Shown here: positions 1 to 8,389 of the stretch, piece by piece
Layout of the letters: each line of letters begins with the position of its first letter
How positions within the stretch are numbered: the first letter of the stretch is position 1
Assembly: GCA_965223795.1 (NCBI GenBank)
Contig: CBDCXL010000002.1
Location: 2,880,001 to 2,944,000 of the forward strand
Direction: 5' to 3'
DNA from: Nitrospinales bacterium
GTDB taxonomy: Bacteria; Nitrospinota; Nitrospinia; Nitrospinales; VA-1
Length of the DNA stretch: 64,000 bases
The notes under the pieces: generated by a model
Database searches by the model: none
Seen by the model: the letters and a program-made list of their open reading frames with translations, nothing else
Told to the model about the DNA's origin: nothing
Translations under genes and position numbers: made by a program

Positions 1-388
1 CGTAAGTCTCGGATCCGGCGTCGGCAGAGAGGGTGAAGCTCCTGGCGTCCGGCTCCACGGTGCCGCCCGCCAGCACGGTCACGCCGCGCGGCACCAGAAA
101 GCAGCGCAGCACCTGCTTTTCATTGGCGTCCCACAGCCAGTAACCCAGTTCCTCGTGGAAAGGACTGTCTTCGCCCAGGCGCCAGGCGGTGGTGGAATAG
201 CGCAGCCCGTACAGCTTCTGTTCGTGATTGTCCACGCAGCCCATCGGCTCGAACACGATGCGCTCGCGGTATTTGTTGGTCTCGACGCCGCGGTCGTCGG
301 CAGGGGCGGTGTCGTCGCCTTTGTCCCCTTCCCAGGTTCCCATAAGCGGCGCCAGCGGGCCCAGTTTCCGGATTGAATCTTCAGTCAT
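1..388 (-). CDS. Heme-binding beta-barrel (nitrobindin/DUF1794/THAP4-like) protein; its C-terminus runs off the window start
   Basis: Not in the ORF track. Manual translation from ATG at 388 gives MTEDSIRKLGPLAPLMGTWEGDKG...YRERIVFEP...LYGLRY...PFHEELGYWLWD...VPRGVTVLAGG. The LxPLxGxWxG and FHEExGYW motifs are typical of nitrobindins. Confidence 0.8.
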   Translation of the reverse strand, partial: MTEDSIRKLGPLAPLMGTWEGDKGDDTAPADDRGVETNKYRERIVFEPMGCVDNHEQKLYGLRYSTTAWRLGEDSPFHEELGYWLWDANEKQVLRCFLVPRGVTVLAGGTVEPDARSFTLSADAGSETY

Positions 389-520
389 GGTCTCATCCCG
401 TTAACGTATCTTCACGTGATAAAAAGGCCTTTTGTAGCATTTTCCCAGCCGGTTTGTCGAGTTAAGAACGGGGAAAAGGGGGATGGGGCGGGAAATGGCC
501 GGAGGTTTCTGAATGCAGGA

Positions 521-1363
521 TCAGTTCAGCAGAATTTCGGCGGTTTCGTTCACGTTATCCTGCACTTCCTTTCTCAATGACCTTAAAAACTCCACGTCCA
601 GTTGCAGCAGTTTCAGAACACCCGGTTTGGCGCTTCCGACAAATCCCTCGCCGCTGTTTCCCAGCTTCATGTTTACGGAAACGATGTCCGCCGCGTGGAT
701 GGTGGCGGCCTCTTCTTTAAAGCGGGGGGCTTTCAATGGATTGTGATGGTACTCGACGCCCTCGACGATTCGCTCTCCCAGGTTCCACTCCTCCAGCAGG
801 ATTTGGCCGACTTCATCGTGATTGAAGCCAAAGGTTTCCTTTTCCACTTCCGACAGGGGTTTTTTGCTTTTGACAGATTGAACCACGACCTGTTCCGATT
901 CCTTGGGCAGTTTTTTCAAAATAACGAGCCGGCCGATGTCGTGCAGCAGCCCGGCCAGGTAAAAACTTTCCGGGTTGACGTCGTTTCTGTGGGCGGCGAT
1001 GGATCGGCTGGCAATACCGCAGGCGATGCAGTGGATCCAGAACAGTTCGGCGTCGAATTTGGGGAATTTGACATCACGGAATTTGCTGACCACTTCGGTG
1101 GACAGCGCCAGATCGACCAATTGATCCAGGCCGACGACGCTGATGGCGTGGGATAGCGTGTCGATGCGGGTGGTGAGGTTGTAATACGGACTGTTGACGA
1201 GTTTTAATAGACGGGTGGTGAGGTTGGCGTCGGACTGGATGATCTCCGTCAAGTCGTTAAAAGAGAAGTCCGGGTTTTTTAACGTCTTTTGCAGTTTGTG
1301 GTAGATGATGGGCGGGGATTGGGTGAATTCCGTGAGGATGACATTGATATCCAGCGTGTCCAT
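521..1363 (-). CDS. Stand-alone HDOD domain signal-transduction protein
   Basis: DANLTTRLLKLVNSPYY, FWIHCIACG, AGLLHDIGRL, FGFNHDEVG..LLEEWNL, YHHNP. Confidence 0.92.
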   Translation of the reverse strand: MDTLDINVILTEFTQSPPIIYHKLQKTLKNPDFSFNDLTEIIQSDANLTTRLLKLVNSPYYNLTTRIDTLSHAISVVGLDQLVDLALSTEVVSKFRDVKFPKFDAELFWIHCIACGIASRSIAAHRNDVNPESFYLAGLLHDIGRLVILKKLPKESEQVVVQSVKSKKPLSEVEKETFGFNHDEVGQILLEEWNLGERIVEGVEYHHNPLKAPRFKEEAATIHAADIVSVNMKLGNSGEGFVGSAKPGVLKLLQLDVEFLRSLRKEVQDNVNETAEILLN

Positions 1364-1737
1364 GACGCTCTCCAGTGGCAGGTTATTGAGGGGAAGGAAT
1401 GTATTTTATATATACATATATAGTATATGAAAATCTATTTGTGAATTCAAGAAATTTTCAGATGTCAACGATGTGGCAGGTGGAATCTGAAATTTGCAAC
1501 CGCGGCTCTGAATTTTGGATTGCCGCTTGCGGGATGTGGTTTTATTTTCTATTAAAAGAACACGGCCGCAGGCATTCCTCCGGGATGAATTTTTTTTCAG
1601 AGTGCAATAACGGTTTGACTCTGCGGTGCAAGCGGAGATAGAGTTGCATTTTGAAGTGTGTTTTAGAAAAATGCATTCCAGCCTGTAAGATTTTACCTGC
1701 ATCTTGATTTCAGACACGCGGTTTCCGCAAAGAAAGC

Positions 1738-2490
1738 ATGAATTCTACAGAGCCAATGGTTTTAAAGAAAAATGAACTGCCGCGTCTCGGCACGGGGGCG
1801 TTTCTCAAGGCGTTTTTTTCCCATCCCTCGATTCCGTTCTACCTGGTGCTCGCCGTCCTGACAGGGGCGTGGTCGGTGCTCCTGGGCGGGTTCTGGCCGC
1901 TTGCGATCGGCGTCGCCGCGGCGTTCCCGATTTATCCTGTGGTCGAGTACGTCCTGCACCGTTTCATTTTGCACGGGAAATTCATGTACCGGTCGCCGTT
2001 GACGTCGCGGCTGTGGAAGCGGGTGCATTACGATCATCACAGCGATCCCAACGATCCTGGCGTCCTGTTCGCGGCGGTGTACACCACGCTGCCCACGAAC
2101 TTTGCGATCACCGTGCCTCTGGGCTGGCTTGTCATCGGCGGTCCGGCGGGCAGCGCGGCGGGATTTTCGGTGGGGCTTGTGTGCACCCTTTATTACGAAT
2201 TCTGCCACAGCCTGCAGCATTTCAATTACACGCCCAAATCGGCGTATCTCAGAAACATCAAAAAGCTGCATCTCGCGCATCATTTTCACAACGAGAAGGG
2301 CAACTTCGGGATCACCAGTTTTTTCCTCGACAAATGGCTGGGAACGTATTACCCCGGCACCGAGCAGACGCAACGAAGCGCGACGGTGTTCAATCTCGGC
2401 TACGCCGGGGACGAAATGAAGCGGTTTCCTTGGGTGGCGCGCCTGTCGCAGGCCGCCGACACGGCAAAAACCGCGAACGAAACTCCCTGA
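1738..2490 (+). CDS. Fatty acid hydroxylase / sterol desaturase family di-iron membrane enzyme (probable sphingolipid fatty-acyl hydroxylase)
   Basis: His boxes HRFILH, HYDHH, HSLQH, HLAHH; NFGITS..DKWLGT; hydrophobic segments. Confidence 0.88.
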   Translation: MNSTEPMVLKKNELPRLGTGAFLKAFFSHPSIPFYLVLAVLTGAWSVLLGGFWPLAIGVAAAFPIYPVVEYVLHRFILHGKFMYRSPLTSRLWKRVHYDHHSDPNDPGVLFAAVYTTLPTNFAITVPLGWLVIGGPAGSAAGFSVGLVCTLYYEFCHSLQHFNYTPKSAYLRNIKKLHLAHHFHNEKGNFGITSFFLDKWLGTYYPGTEQTQRSATVFNLGYAGDEMKRFPWVARLSQAADTAKTANETP

Positions 2491-2530
2491 GCGCCCCGCT
2501 CCCAACCCCTTTTACAATATTCCATTGCCT

Positions 2531-3565
2531 ATGAAATCCATCGTCCTCGTCCGTCCCGGTCCCGCGCACAACGCGTTTGAAATGCGCGAAAATAAAACTC
2601 CTGAGCCTAAAGAGGGAGAGGTGCGCATCGACGTGCAGGCTTCGGGTCTCAACTTCGCCGATGTGCTTGCCCGCATGGGCCTGTACCCGGATGCGCCGCC
2701 GTTGCCCTGTGTGCTGGGCTACGACGTTGTGGGAACGGTGAGCGCGGCCGGCGCGGGTGTGGAGAAAATCCGCCCCGGCGACCGTGTGGTGGCCTTCACC
2801 CGCTTCGGCGGCTACGCTTCCAGTGTGATCGCCCACTCCGAGGCGGCGGCGCTCATCCCGGAGGACATGGAAGCGGGCGCGGCGGCGGCTTTGGCGACGC
2901 AGTACTGCACGGCCTGGTACGCTTCCGATGAGATGGTGCGGCTGCATCCGGGAGACAGGGTGCTGGTGCAGGCGGCGGCGGGCGGTGTGGGGCAGGCGCT
3001 CGTGCAGATGGCGAAACGCCGGGGCTGCGTGGTGTTCGGCACGGCAGGATCGAAGGACAAACTCGAAACGCTGGTGGAGTTGGGCGTGGACCACCCGATC
3101 CACTACCGCGAGCAGGACTTTGAAACGGAGGTACGCCGCATCCTGGGCAACGGCGGGCTGGATGTGGTGTTCGATTCGATCGGCGGCAAGACCTTCCGCA
3201 AAGGCTGCCGCCTGCTGGCTCCGGGCGGGCGCATCGTTACGTTCGGCATCGCCCAGGTGGCCGGAAACAGCCGCAATCCATTCCGCGCGCTCAGGACGCT
3301 GATCGGCTTCGGCCTGCTGCATCCCATTCCGCTGCTGTCCCGGTCGCAGGGCGTGATCGGCGTCAACATGCTGCGCATCGCGGACGAAAAGCCGAAGCTG
3401 CTGCGCCACTGTCTGCAGGCGGTGGTGTCGCTGGCGGTCAAGGACGAGCTGAAGCCGCGCGTCGGCGCCGTGTTCCCGGCTGAAGACGTGGCCGACGCGC
3501 ACGAACTTCTCGCCAGCCGCAAGTCGACCGGCAAAATCGTGCTCGAATGGACGCCCGGCGGCTGA
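2531..3565 (+). CDS. Medium-chain dehydrogenase/reductase, VAT-1/quinone oxidoreductase-like
   Basis: GLNFADVLARMGLYPDAPPLPCVLGYD, AAAGGVG, DVVFDSIGG, SRKSTGKIVL; ATG at 2531. Confidence 0.9.
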   Translation: MKSIVLVRPGPAHNAFEMRENKTPEPKEGEVRIDVQASGLNFADVLARMGLYPDAPPLPCVLGYDVVGTVSAAGAGVEKIRPGDRVVAFTRFGGYASSVIAHSEAAALIPEDMEAGAAAALATQYCTAWYASDEMVRLHPGDRVLVQAAAGGVGQALVQMAKRRGCVVFGTAGSKDKLETLVELGVDHPIHYREQDFETEVRRILGNGGLDVVFDSIGGKTFRKGCRLLAPGGRIVTFGIAQVAGNSRNPFRALRTLIGFGLLHPIPLLSRSQGVIGVNMLRIADEKPKLLRHCLQAVVSLAVKDELKPRVGAVFPAEDVADAHELLASRKSTGKIVLEWTPGG

Positions 3566-3569
3566 ACCG

Positions 3570-4010
3570 TTATTTCCTGCCTTCCTCCAGATCGATCAGA
3601 TCCACCCAGGTGCCGATGTCGGCACGGTGCGGGTTCAGCCGGTCCAGCTGCTCGATGAAGTAGTCCATGCTTTCGCCCGGCTGCGGGCTGTTGGCGATGA
3701 AGCGGATGTTGAACAGCCTGCGTTCCCGCTCCGAGCGGGAACGGGTCTGCTCGAGCGCCCACTCGGAAATGCGGTCGTCGTCCTGCGCCGCGGCCCGGTC
3801 TGCGAACGCTTCCGCGTCGGCGCCGATGAAATCCAGAACCCTGCGGTCAAGCGGGCAGGGGTAGATGTATTCCCCCAGCGTGCCCTGCCGGTAGGCGCGC
3901 GCCTTGTCGATCATGCGCGGCAGGTGCAGGATGCCGGCCATGATTTCCCGCGGGCTGCGTGGCGGCTGCCGGTTCAAGTCGAGATGGGGTATGGTTTGCA
4001 CGGTGGTCAT
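3570..4010 (-). CDS. DUF5069-like protein
   Basis: DLNRQPPRSPR...HLPRMIDKARA...LGEYIYPCPLD...DLIDLEEGR. Confidence 0.75.
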   Translation of the reverse strand: MTTVQTIPHLDLNRQPPRSPREIMAGILHLPRMIDKARAYRQGTLGEYIYPCPLDRRVLDFIGADAEAFADRAAAQDDDRISEWALEQTRSRSERERRLFNIRFIANSPQPGESMDYFIEQLDRLNPHRADIGTWVDLIDLEEGRK

Positions 4011-4070
4011 GATGTTCTCCTTTCGTATTTATTTCAGCGGCACGATGCCGTGATGATCTGGTTTTTTTAT

Positions 4071-4820
4071 TCAGACCGGCAGCATCTGGCCGATCTGTTT
4101 TTCCTGCGACTTGGCATCGGTCCGGTAATCTTTTTCAAATTGCACGGACATCGGGTCGATGAAGATGTCTTCCCGGCCGCGTTCGATGGCGTCGAGCGTG
4201 CCATTGGCCAGTTCCGCAGGAGAGGATTTTTCCATCTCGACGTCCTTCGCCATGTCGGTGTCGATGGGGCCGGGATACAGGCCGAACACTTCGGTTCCCT
4301 GCGCCGCCAGTTCGGCGCGGATTCCCTGGGTCAGCGAATGCAGCGCGGCCTTGGAGGCGCTGTAGGAGCCGAGTGCCGGGAAATTGGCGAGGCTCGCCAC
4401 AGACAAGACGTTGAGGATCGCGCCGCCGCCGTTGCGTTTGAGAACGGGGGCGAACGCCCGGCTCATGGCCAGCGTGCCGAAATAATTGACTTCCATTTCC
4501 TCGCGGGCGGCGTCCATGCTTTCAGCGGCGATGAGACCCTGAAATTTCGCGATGCCGCCGTTGTTGATGAGCAGGCCGACATCGCCCGCGGTGTTGGCGG
4601 CGTCTTCCACCTGCTCCGGGCGGGTGATGTCCAGCCTGAGCGGAACGATGGCGTTGCCGTTGCGGGCCAGCCATTGTGATTCGTCGCGGCGGAACGCTTC
4701 CACATCCCGGACGCCGGCGTACACTTTTTTCGCGCCCCGTTCGATGAGGGCCGACACCAGGGCCTTGCCGATGCCGCGGTTCGAGCCGGTGACCAATGCG
4801 ATGGAGTCCTTGATTTTCAT
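4071..4820 (-). CDS. Short-chain dehydrogenase/reductase (SDR)
   Basis: TGSNRGIG, INNGGI, YSASK, PGPIDTDM. Confidence 0.93.
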   Translation of the reverse strand: MKIKDSIALVTGSNRGIGKALVSALIERGAKKVYAGVRDVEAFRRDESQWLARNGNAIVPLRLDITRPEQVEDAANTAGDVGLLINNGGIAKFQGLIAAESMDAAREEMEVNYFGTLAMSRAFAPVLKRNGGGAILNVLSVASLANFPALGSYSASKAALHSLTQGIRAELAAQGTEVFGLYPGPIDTDMAKDVEMEKSSPAELANGTLDAIERGREDIFIDPMSVQFEKDYRTDAKSQEKQIGQMLPV

Positions 4821-4847
4821 GATGGTTTCTCTCTTTTACAGGTTTAA

Positions 4848-4867
4848 TATGTCAGTTAAATAACTAA
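4848..4867. promoter_or_regulatory. Putative TetR operator, copy 2 (upstream of the SDR gene)
   Basis: TATGTCAGTTAAATAACTAA; its reverse complement matches the copy at 5453-5472 at 16/20 positions. Confidence 0.65.
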
Positions 4868-4883
4868 AATCGGGTGAAAAAAT

Positions 4884-5441
4884 TTACAGGGACTCAATCC
4901 AGGCTTTCAGCCGGGCCGCTTCCCATTCGATGGTCTTGCCGTCGTTCAAGGCGCTGGCGACGACGGCGGCCCCCTGCATCGCGGCGATGAACTGGATGCC
5001 CGACTTTTCGGCGTCCTTCAGGCCCAGGGCGCGAAACTGCTGCGTCACCCATTTCAACTGGCGCTTGAGCAGGGCGTCGGCCTTTCGGGAAAGGGCGGTT
5101 TTGTCCTTGTCCAGCTCCTGGCACAGGCTTCCCACCGGGCAGCCGTACTGCCGGGTCTTGTTTTTGTGCTTGAGAAAGATGCCGAGGAACCGGTCCAGCC
5201 GTTCTTTGGGGTCGGAAATTGCATCCCATTCCTTCATGCGGGCGTTGAAATGTTCCAGCCTGCGGTCGATGACCGCTGCGGCCAGATCGTCCTTGGTCTT
5301 GAAATAATAATAGACGTTGCCCAGAGGAACGCCGGAATCGCCGGCGATGTCGGCGAGCGAGGTCTGGTTGAACCCGGCCTGATGGAACAGCTTCCCGGCG
5401 GAGTCGATCAGCATTTCTCTTTTGTTCGCGGTTTTCGGCAT
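4884..5441 (-). CDS. TetR/AcrR family transcriptional regulator (NemR/LmrA-like)
   Basis: N-terminal HTH GFNQTSLADIA..SGVPLGNVYYYFKTKDDL; GCPVGSL. Confidence 0.93.
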   Translation of the reverse strand: MPKTANKREMLIDSAGKLFHQAGFNQTSLADIAGDSGVPLGNVYYYFKTKDDLAAAVIDRRLEHFNARMKEWDAISDPKERLDRFLGIFLKHKNKTRQYGCPVGSLCQELDKDKTALSRKADALLKRQLKWVTQQFRALGLKDAEKSGIQFIAAMQGAAVVASALNDGKTIEWEAARLKAWIESL

Positions 5442-5452
5442 GGCCTGAAAAA

Positions 5453-5472
5453 TAAGTTAATCAACTGACTTA
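5453..5472. promoter_or_regulatory. Putative TetR operator, copy 1 (overlaps the predicted tetR transcription start)
   Basis: Imperfect palindrome TAAGTTAATCAACTGACTTA immediately downstream of the -10 box. Confidence 0.7.
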
Positions 5473-5501
5473 ATGATAGGGCCTGTTGTCGCCGATGTCA
5501 A
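5473..5501 (-). promoter_or_regulatory. sigma70 promoter for tetR-SDR-DUF5069
   Basis: Minus strand TTGACA (5501-5496), 17-bp spacer, TATCAT (5478-5473). Confidence 0.75.
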
Positions 5502-5547
5502 GCGGTTCGGGTGTTTTTTTCAGTGAAAGTTCACCGCCGGGCCGGAC

Positions 5548-5814
5548 TCATTTGTAGGAGCCGTCTCTCCGCTTCCACAGATAATGCAGAATGCCCTGAT
5601 AAATCAAGGCGGCCGGGCTTGCGAAAAACAGCCACAGCGGCCACAGGTTGGAGCCGGAGATCAAGGCGTAGAGCGTGATCGCCAGAACGACCGCCATGAC
5701 GCCTGCCGAAACCAGGGAGGCTTTTCTCCACCCTCCCTCCATGTTCTTCAGGCTGTGCCATTGCACGTAGAGGTAAGCGAACACCATCAAATAAAAAAAG
5801 GTGATCATGAACAT
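5548..5814 (-). CDS. Small membrane protein (3 TM), hypothetical
   Basis: 88 aa, hydrophobic; RBS-like GGAG upstream; co-directional with the upstream genes. Confidence 0.6.
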   Translation of the reverse strand: MFMITFFYLMVFAYLYVQWHSLKNMEGGWRKASLVSAGVMAVVLAITLYALISGSNLWPLWLFFASPAALIYQGILHYLWKRRDGSYK

Positions 5815-5862
5815 GGCAGGCTCCGGACTCCTTCCTCATCCCGGCCAGGGGATGGAATGACT

Positions 5863-6288
5863 TCAACGGTGAACTTGGATGAACCATCGGGGCCGCATGC
5901 GGCCGAAATCGGTGCGGCGGTTGGTTTTCAGCGCTTTTTTCGGATCCAGCACACAAGGGTCTCCGCCGTCGCGGCTGAACAGGACCCAGTGCCAGAAGGG
6001 AACGCCGTTTTCCACATGCCATTTTATCGCAAGCAATGCGCAATCGGGCAGCGCATCCCAGCTTGTGAACGGGGTTTCCTTTCCCGCGACCTTTATGTTG
6101 AGCTGCGCCAGCAGTCTGCGCAGGGGCCGGGTGCTCGACCACAGTGCGGCATCACCGGCGCTGATGCCGAGCGCTTTGGCGCTTTGTCTGGCCTGGTTGT
6201 AGGTGAGGCCCGCCAGCATGGCGGCGCAGGCGAGGGCGCAGCCCGTGGGCTCCTGCTGAACGACCGGCCGTTTGAGAGCGGCCGTCAT
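5863..6288 (-). CDS. Peptidase C39-like (papain-fold) cysteine peptidase domain protein
   Basis: QQEPTGCALACAAML...HWVLF...LDP (Gln/Cys-His-Asp); ATGA overlap with the desaturase stop. Confidence 0.75.
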   Translation of the reverse strand: MTAALKRPVVQQEPTGCALACAAMLAGLTYNQARQSAKALGISAGDAALWSSTRPLRRLLAQLNIKVAGKETPFTSWDALPDCALLAIKWHVENGVPFWHWVLFSRDGGDPCVLDPKKALKTNRRTDFGRMRPRWFIQVHR

Positions 6289-7319
6289 CCCGTCTTGACG
6301 GATTCGGCCATCTCCTGCACGCTCTCATTGATGGCCTCGGTCTCGGCGGAGGTCATCTTTTTCGAGGTGTTTTCCTTGTGGTCCGGCCGCACGATGCGGT
6401 TGTAGAGGGTGAAGTCTTTATCGAAGATGAACCTCAGCACGACTTTCGTCCACGAGTGGTGGAAGAACAGCGTGTCGTAGAACTCCGGTGCGATTTTGCG
6501 GATCTTCGGCAGCCTCGACCAGGGAACCATCATGAAATCGTGGTGCTCGTTGTGGTAGCCCATGTTGAAGCACAGCCGGTTGAGCGGGCCGTAGTAGGAG
6601 TAGGTCTCCTGGCCGGGATAGAACTGGTAATGTTCCTGAATCCAGCGGCCGCCCAGAGGATGCAGGCCGAGTCCGAACAGGCAGGACAAAAGCAGGTAGA
6701 TGAGCGAGCCCCAGCCGAAAAAATAAAGCACCAGCAGGCCGGCGCCGATGGAGGTGATGCCGTTGACCACGCTCCAGGGTTCGAGCACGTTGATCTTACC
6801 GATGCGCATGGGCCGCACAATGCCCTGGACGGCGGTGAAGAACAAAAGGCTCAGGAATTTGCGAAAGCTGCTGTTGCCCACCCATGCCGCTTCTTTGGGA
6901 CCGGCGATGTCCGCGTCCCAGCCCATCTCGGCGAGGTCGCGGTGGTGCAGCAGGTGGTAGTTGCGAAAGCCGATGGCCGAGGGAAACACGCCGGGCAGGT
7001 TGGCGGTGAGCGCCAGCGCCTTGTTCCAGAAAGGCTGCTTGAACACCAGGTTGTGCGTGCATTCGTGGATGATGACGTACAGGGCGTGCTCGCACACGGC
7101 GCCCACCAGCCAGGCGCACAGCAGGATGGCCCACCACGCGGCGTCCTGCAGGGCGGCGGCGATGCCGAACTGCAGCGCGACGATGCCCAGCGTCCACAGG
7201 GCGGTGGACGGCGTGGGGCCGAACAGCTCGCGGATCTGCGGATACTTCGCGAGGATGGCCTTGCGCCGCGCGATGTGCGGCTGCGGCGTGGTCACATGGG
7301 TGTAGTCGAATTGCGGCAT
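6285..7319 (-). CDS. Sphingolipid delta-4 desaturase / C4-hydroxylase (DEGS1/DES-like) fatty acid desaturase
   Basis: N-terminal PHIARRKAILAKYPQI (Lipid_DES motif); His boxes HECTH, HLLHH, HNEHH; GLGLHP..G..IQEHY, QETYSYYGPLN..FNMGYHNEHHDF. Confidence 0.88.
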   Translation of the reverse strand: MPQFDYTHVTTPQPHIARRKAILAKYPQIRELFGPTPSTALWTLGIVALQFGIAAALQDAAWWAILLCAWLVGAVCEHALYVIIHECTHNLVFKQPFWNKALALTANLPGVFPSAIGFRNYHLLHHRDLAEMGWDADIAGPKEAAWVGNSSFRKFLSLLFFTAVQGIVRPMRIGKINVLEPWSVVNGITSIGAGLLVLYFFGWGSLIYLLLSCLFGLGLHPLGGRWIQEHYQFYPGQETYSYYGPLNRLCFNMGYHNEHHDFMMVPWSRLPKIRKIAPEFYDTLFFHHSWTKVVLRFIFDKDFTLYNRIVRPDHKENTSKKMTSAETEAINESVQEMAESVKTG

Positions 7320-7388
7320 GGTCTGAATTCCGGGATCCGGTTCGTCCCGGTTATCATACAACAAAATCGCTTGCGGGCCGCGCGGCTT

Positions 7389-8060
7389 TTATCGGGGCTG
7401 CGCTTTGGCGGGACGCAGCCGCGTTTCCCGGGCCGGCTCTTTTTGGATTTTTTTCTGCAGATTGTTCAACAGCTTGTCCGACCAGTTTTTGGTCTGGGTG
7501 TTGAGAAACCAGGTGGGCAGCCAGCCGCCGGGGTTCACCCGCATCCGCACTTCCACGAGCGTGCGGGAGGGGTCGTCCTGGAGCGCCTTGAGCAGGAAGT
7601 GGCTTTTGCGGATGGTGCCGCGGATCTTGCCGCCGCCGTCGTAGGGGTAATCGTCGATCGAGTCCAGCGTCAGCAGGATCTCGTCGCCCCGGTCGTACTC
7701 CTGGCGGGCGTGGTAGATCAGGTAGCGGTCCTTGAACGGCCAGGCGAGCTTGTAGTGGTCGAAGTCGATGCGCTCGGTGGAAGAGATGTCCTTGAGCACC
7801 ACCTTGTTTCGGAGTCCGGGGGTGATGGCGATCGACTTTTGCACGTCTTTGAGAAATTCGGCCACAGCGGCGACGGGGGCGTCGATCACCGCCTGATTTT
7901 CGATGACTACCCACACCGGCGTCTGTTGCTGCTTCTTCTCCGCCTCAGGGTCTCCGGCGCTGGAGTCCATCCAGTCGTCGACAAAGGCAAAGCCGGGAGC
8001 GGCGAGACAAAGACAGACAATGAGCATGAGAAAGAAGGTGCGTGTTTGACCGGGAAGCAT
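7389..8060 (-). CDS. Secreted START-domain lipid-binding protein
   Basis: Signal-peptide-like N-terminus; LAWPFKDRYLI and VNPGGWLPTWFLN are START C-terminal motifs. Confidence 0.8.
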   Translation of the reverse strand: MLPGQTRTFFLMLIVCLCLAAPGFAFVDDWMDSSAGDPEAEKKQQQTPVWVVIENQAVIDAPVAAVAEFLKDVQKSIAITPGLRNKVVLKDISSTERIDFDHYKLAWPFKDRYLIYHARQEYDRGDEILLTLDSIDDYPYDGGGKIRGTIRKSHFLLKALQDDPSRTLVEVRMRVNPGGWLPTWFLNTQTKNWSDKLLNNLQKKIQKEPARETRLRPAKAQPR

Positions 8061-8389
8061 GGAGTCGTGTCCTCGTGCGGTGCGGGCTGGTAATAGATTG
8101 AAATTAATAAGATAAAACTATGAAATTTTTTAAAATTTCGACATTCATAGATTAAGAAAATTTTGCTCCGGCATCAAGAAAGAATGAGGGTTGCGGCCGG
8201 GGCGGGCGCCTAACCCGGTATTTTTTAACGGTTCTGTGGGTTTCCGCTGTGTGCCGCCGGTCCGGGCTCACCGGCGTTCAATTAAGCATTGCGTTTCAGC
8301 GCATTCTAAGCATACACTCGCATCTCGCCGGGCGCAGCGCACCCGCGTCCATCCGCACAGAAGATCCCAAACCCCTGCCGGACAATCCG

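Noticed and set aside
1399..1717. Short ORFs and an AT-dinucleotide run between HDOD and the hydroxylase
   Set aside because: This is better explained as a divergent promoter region; there are no protein features.
4071..4820. SDR as 3-ketodihydrosphingosine reductase of the lipid cluster
   Set aside because: It has its own TetR operator system and looks like a generic stress-related SDR. Nothing in the sequence supports this specificity.
5863..6288. C39 peptidase as part of a bacteriocin/RiPP system
   Set aside because: No ABC transporter, double-glycine precursor or modifying enzymes are nearby.
6378..8093. 571-aa plus-strand ORF, and similar long antisense ORFs (35819-37852, 37892-40420, 21506-23020, 60962-62494, 18426-19925)
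   Set aside because: These are shadow ORFs opposite well-supported genes in GC-rich DNA and have no recognisable motifs.
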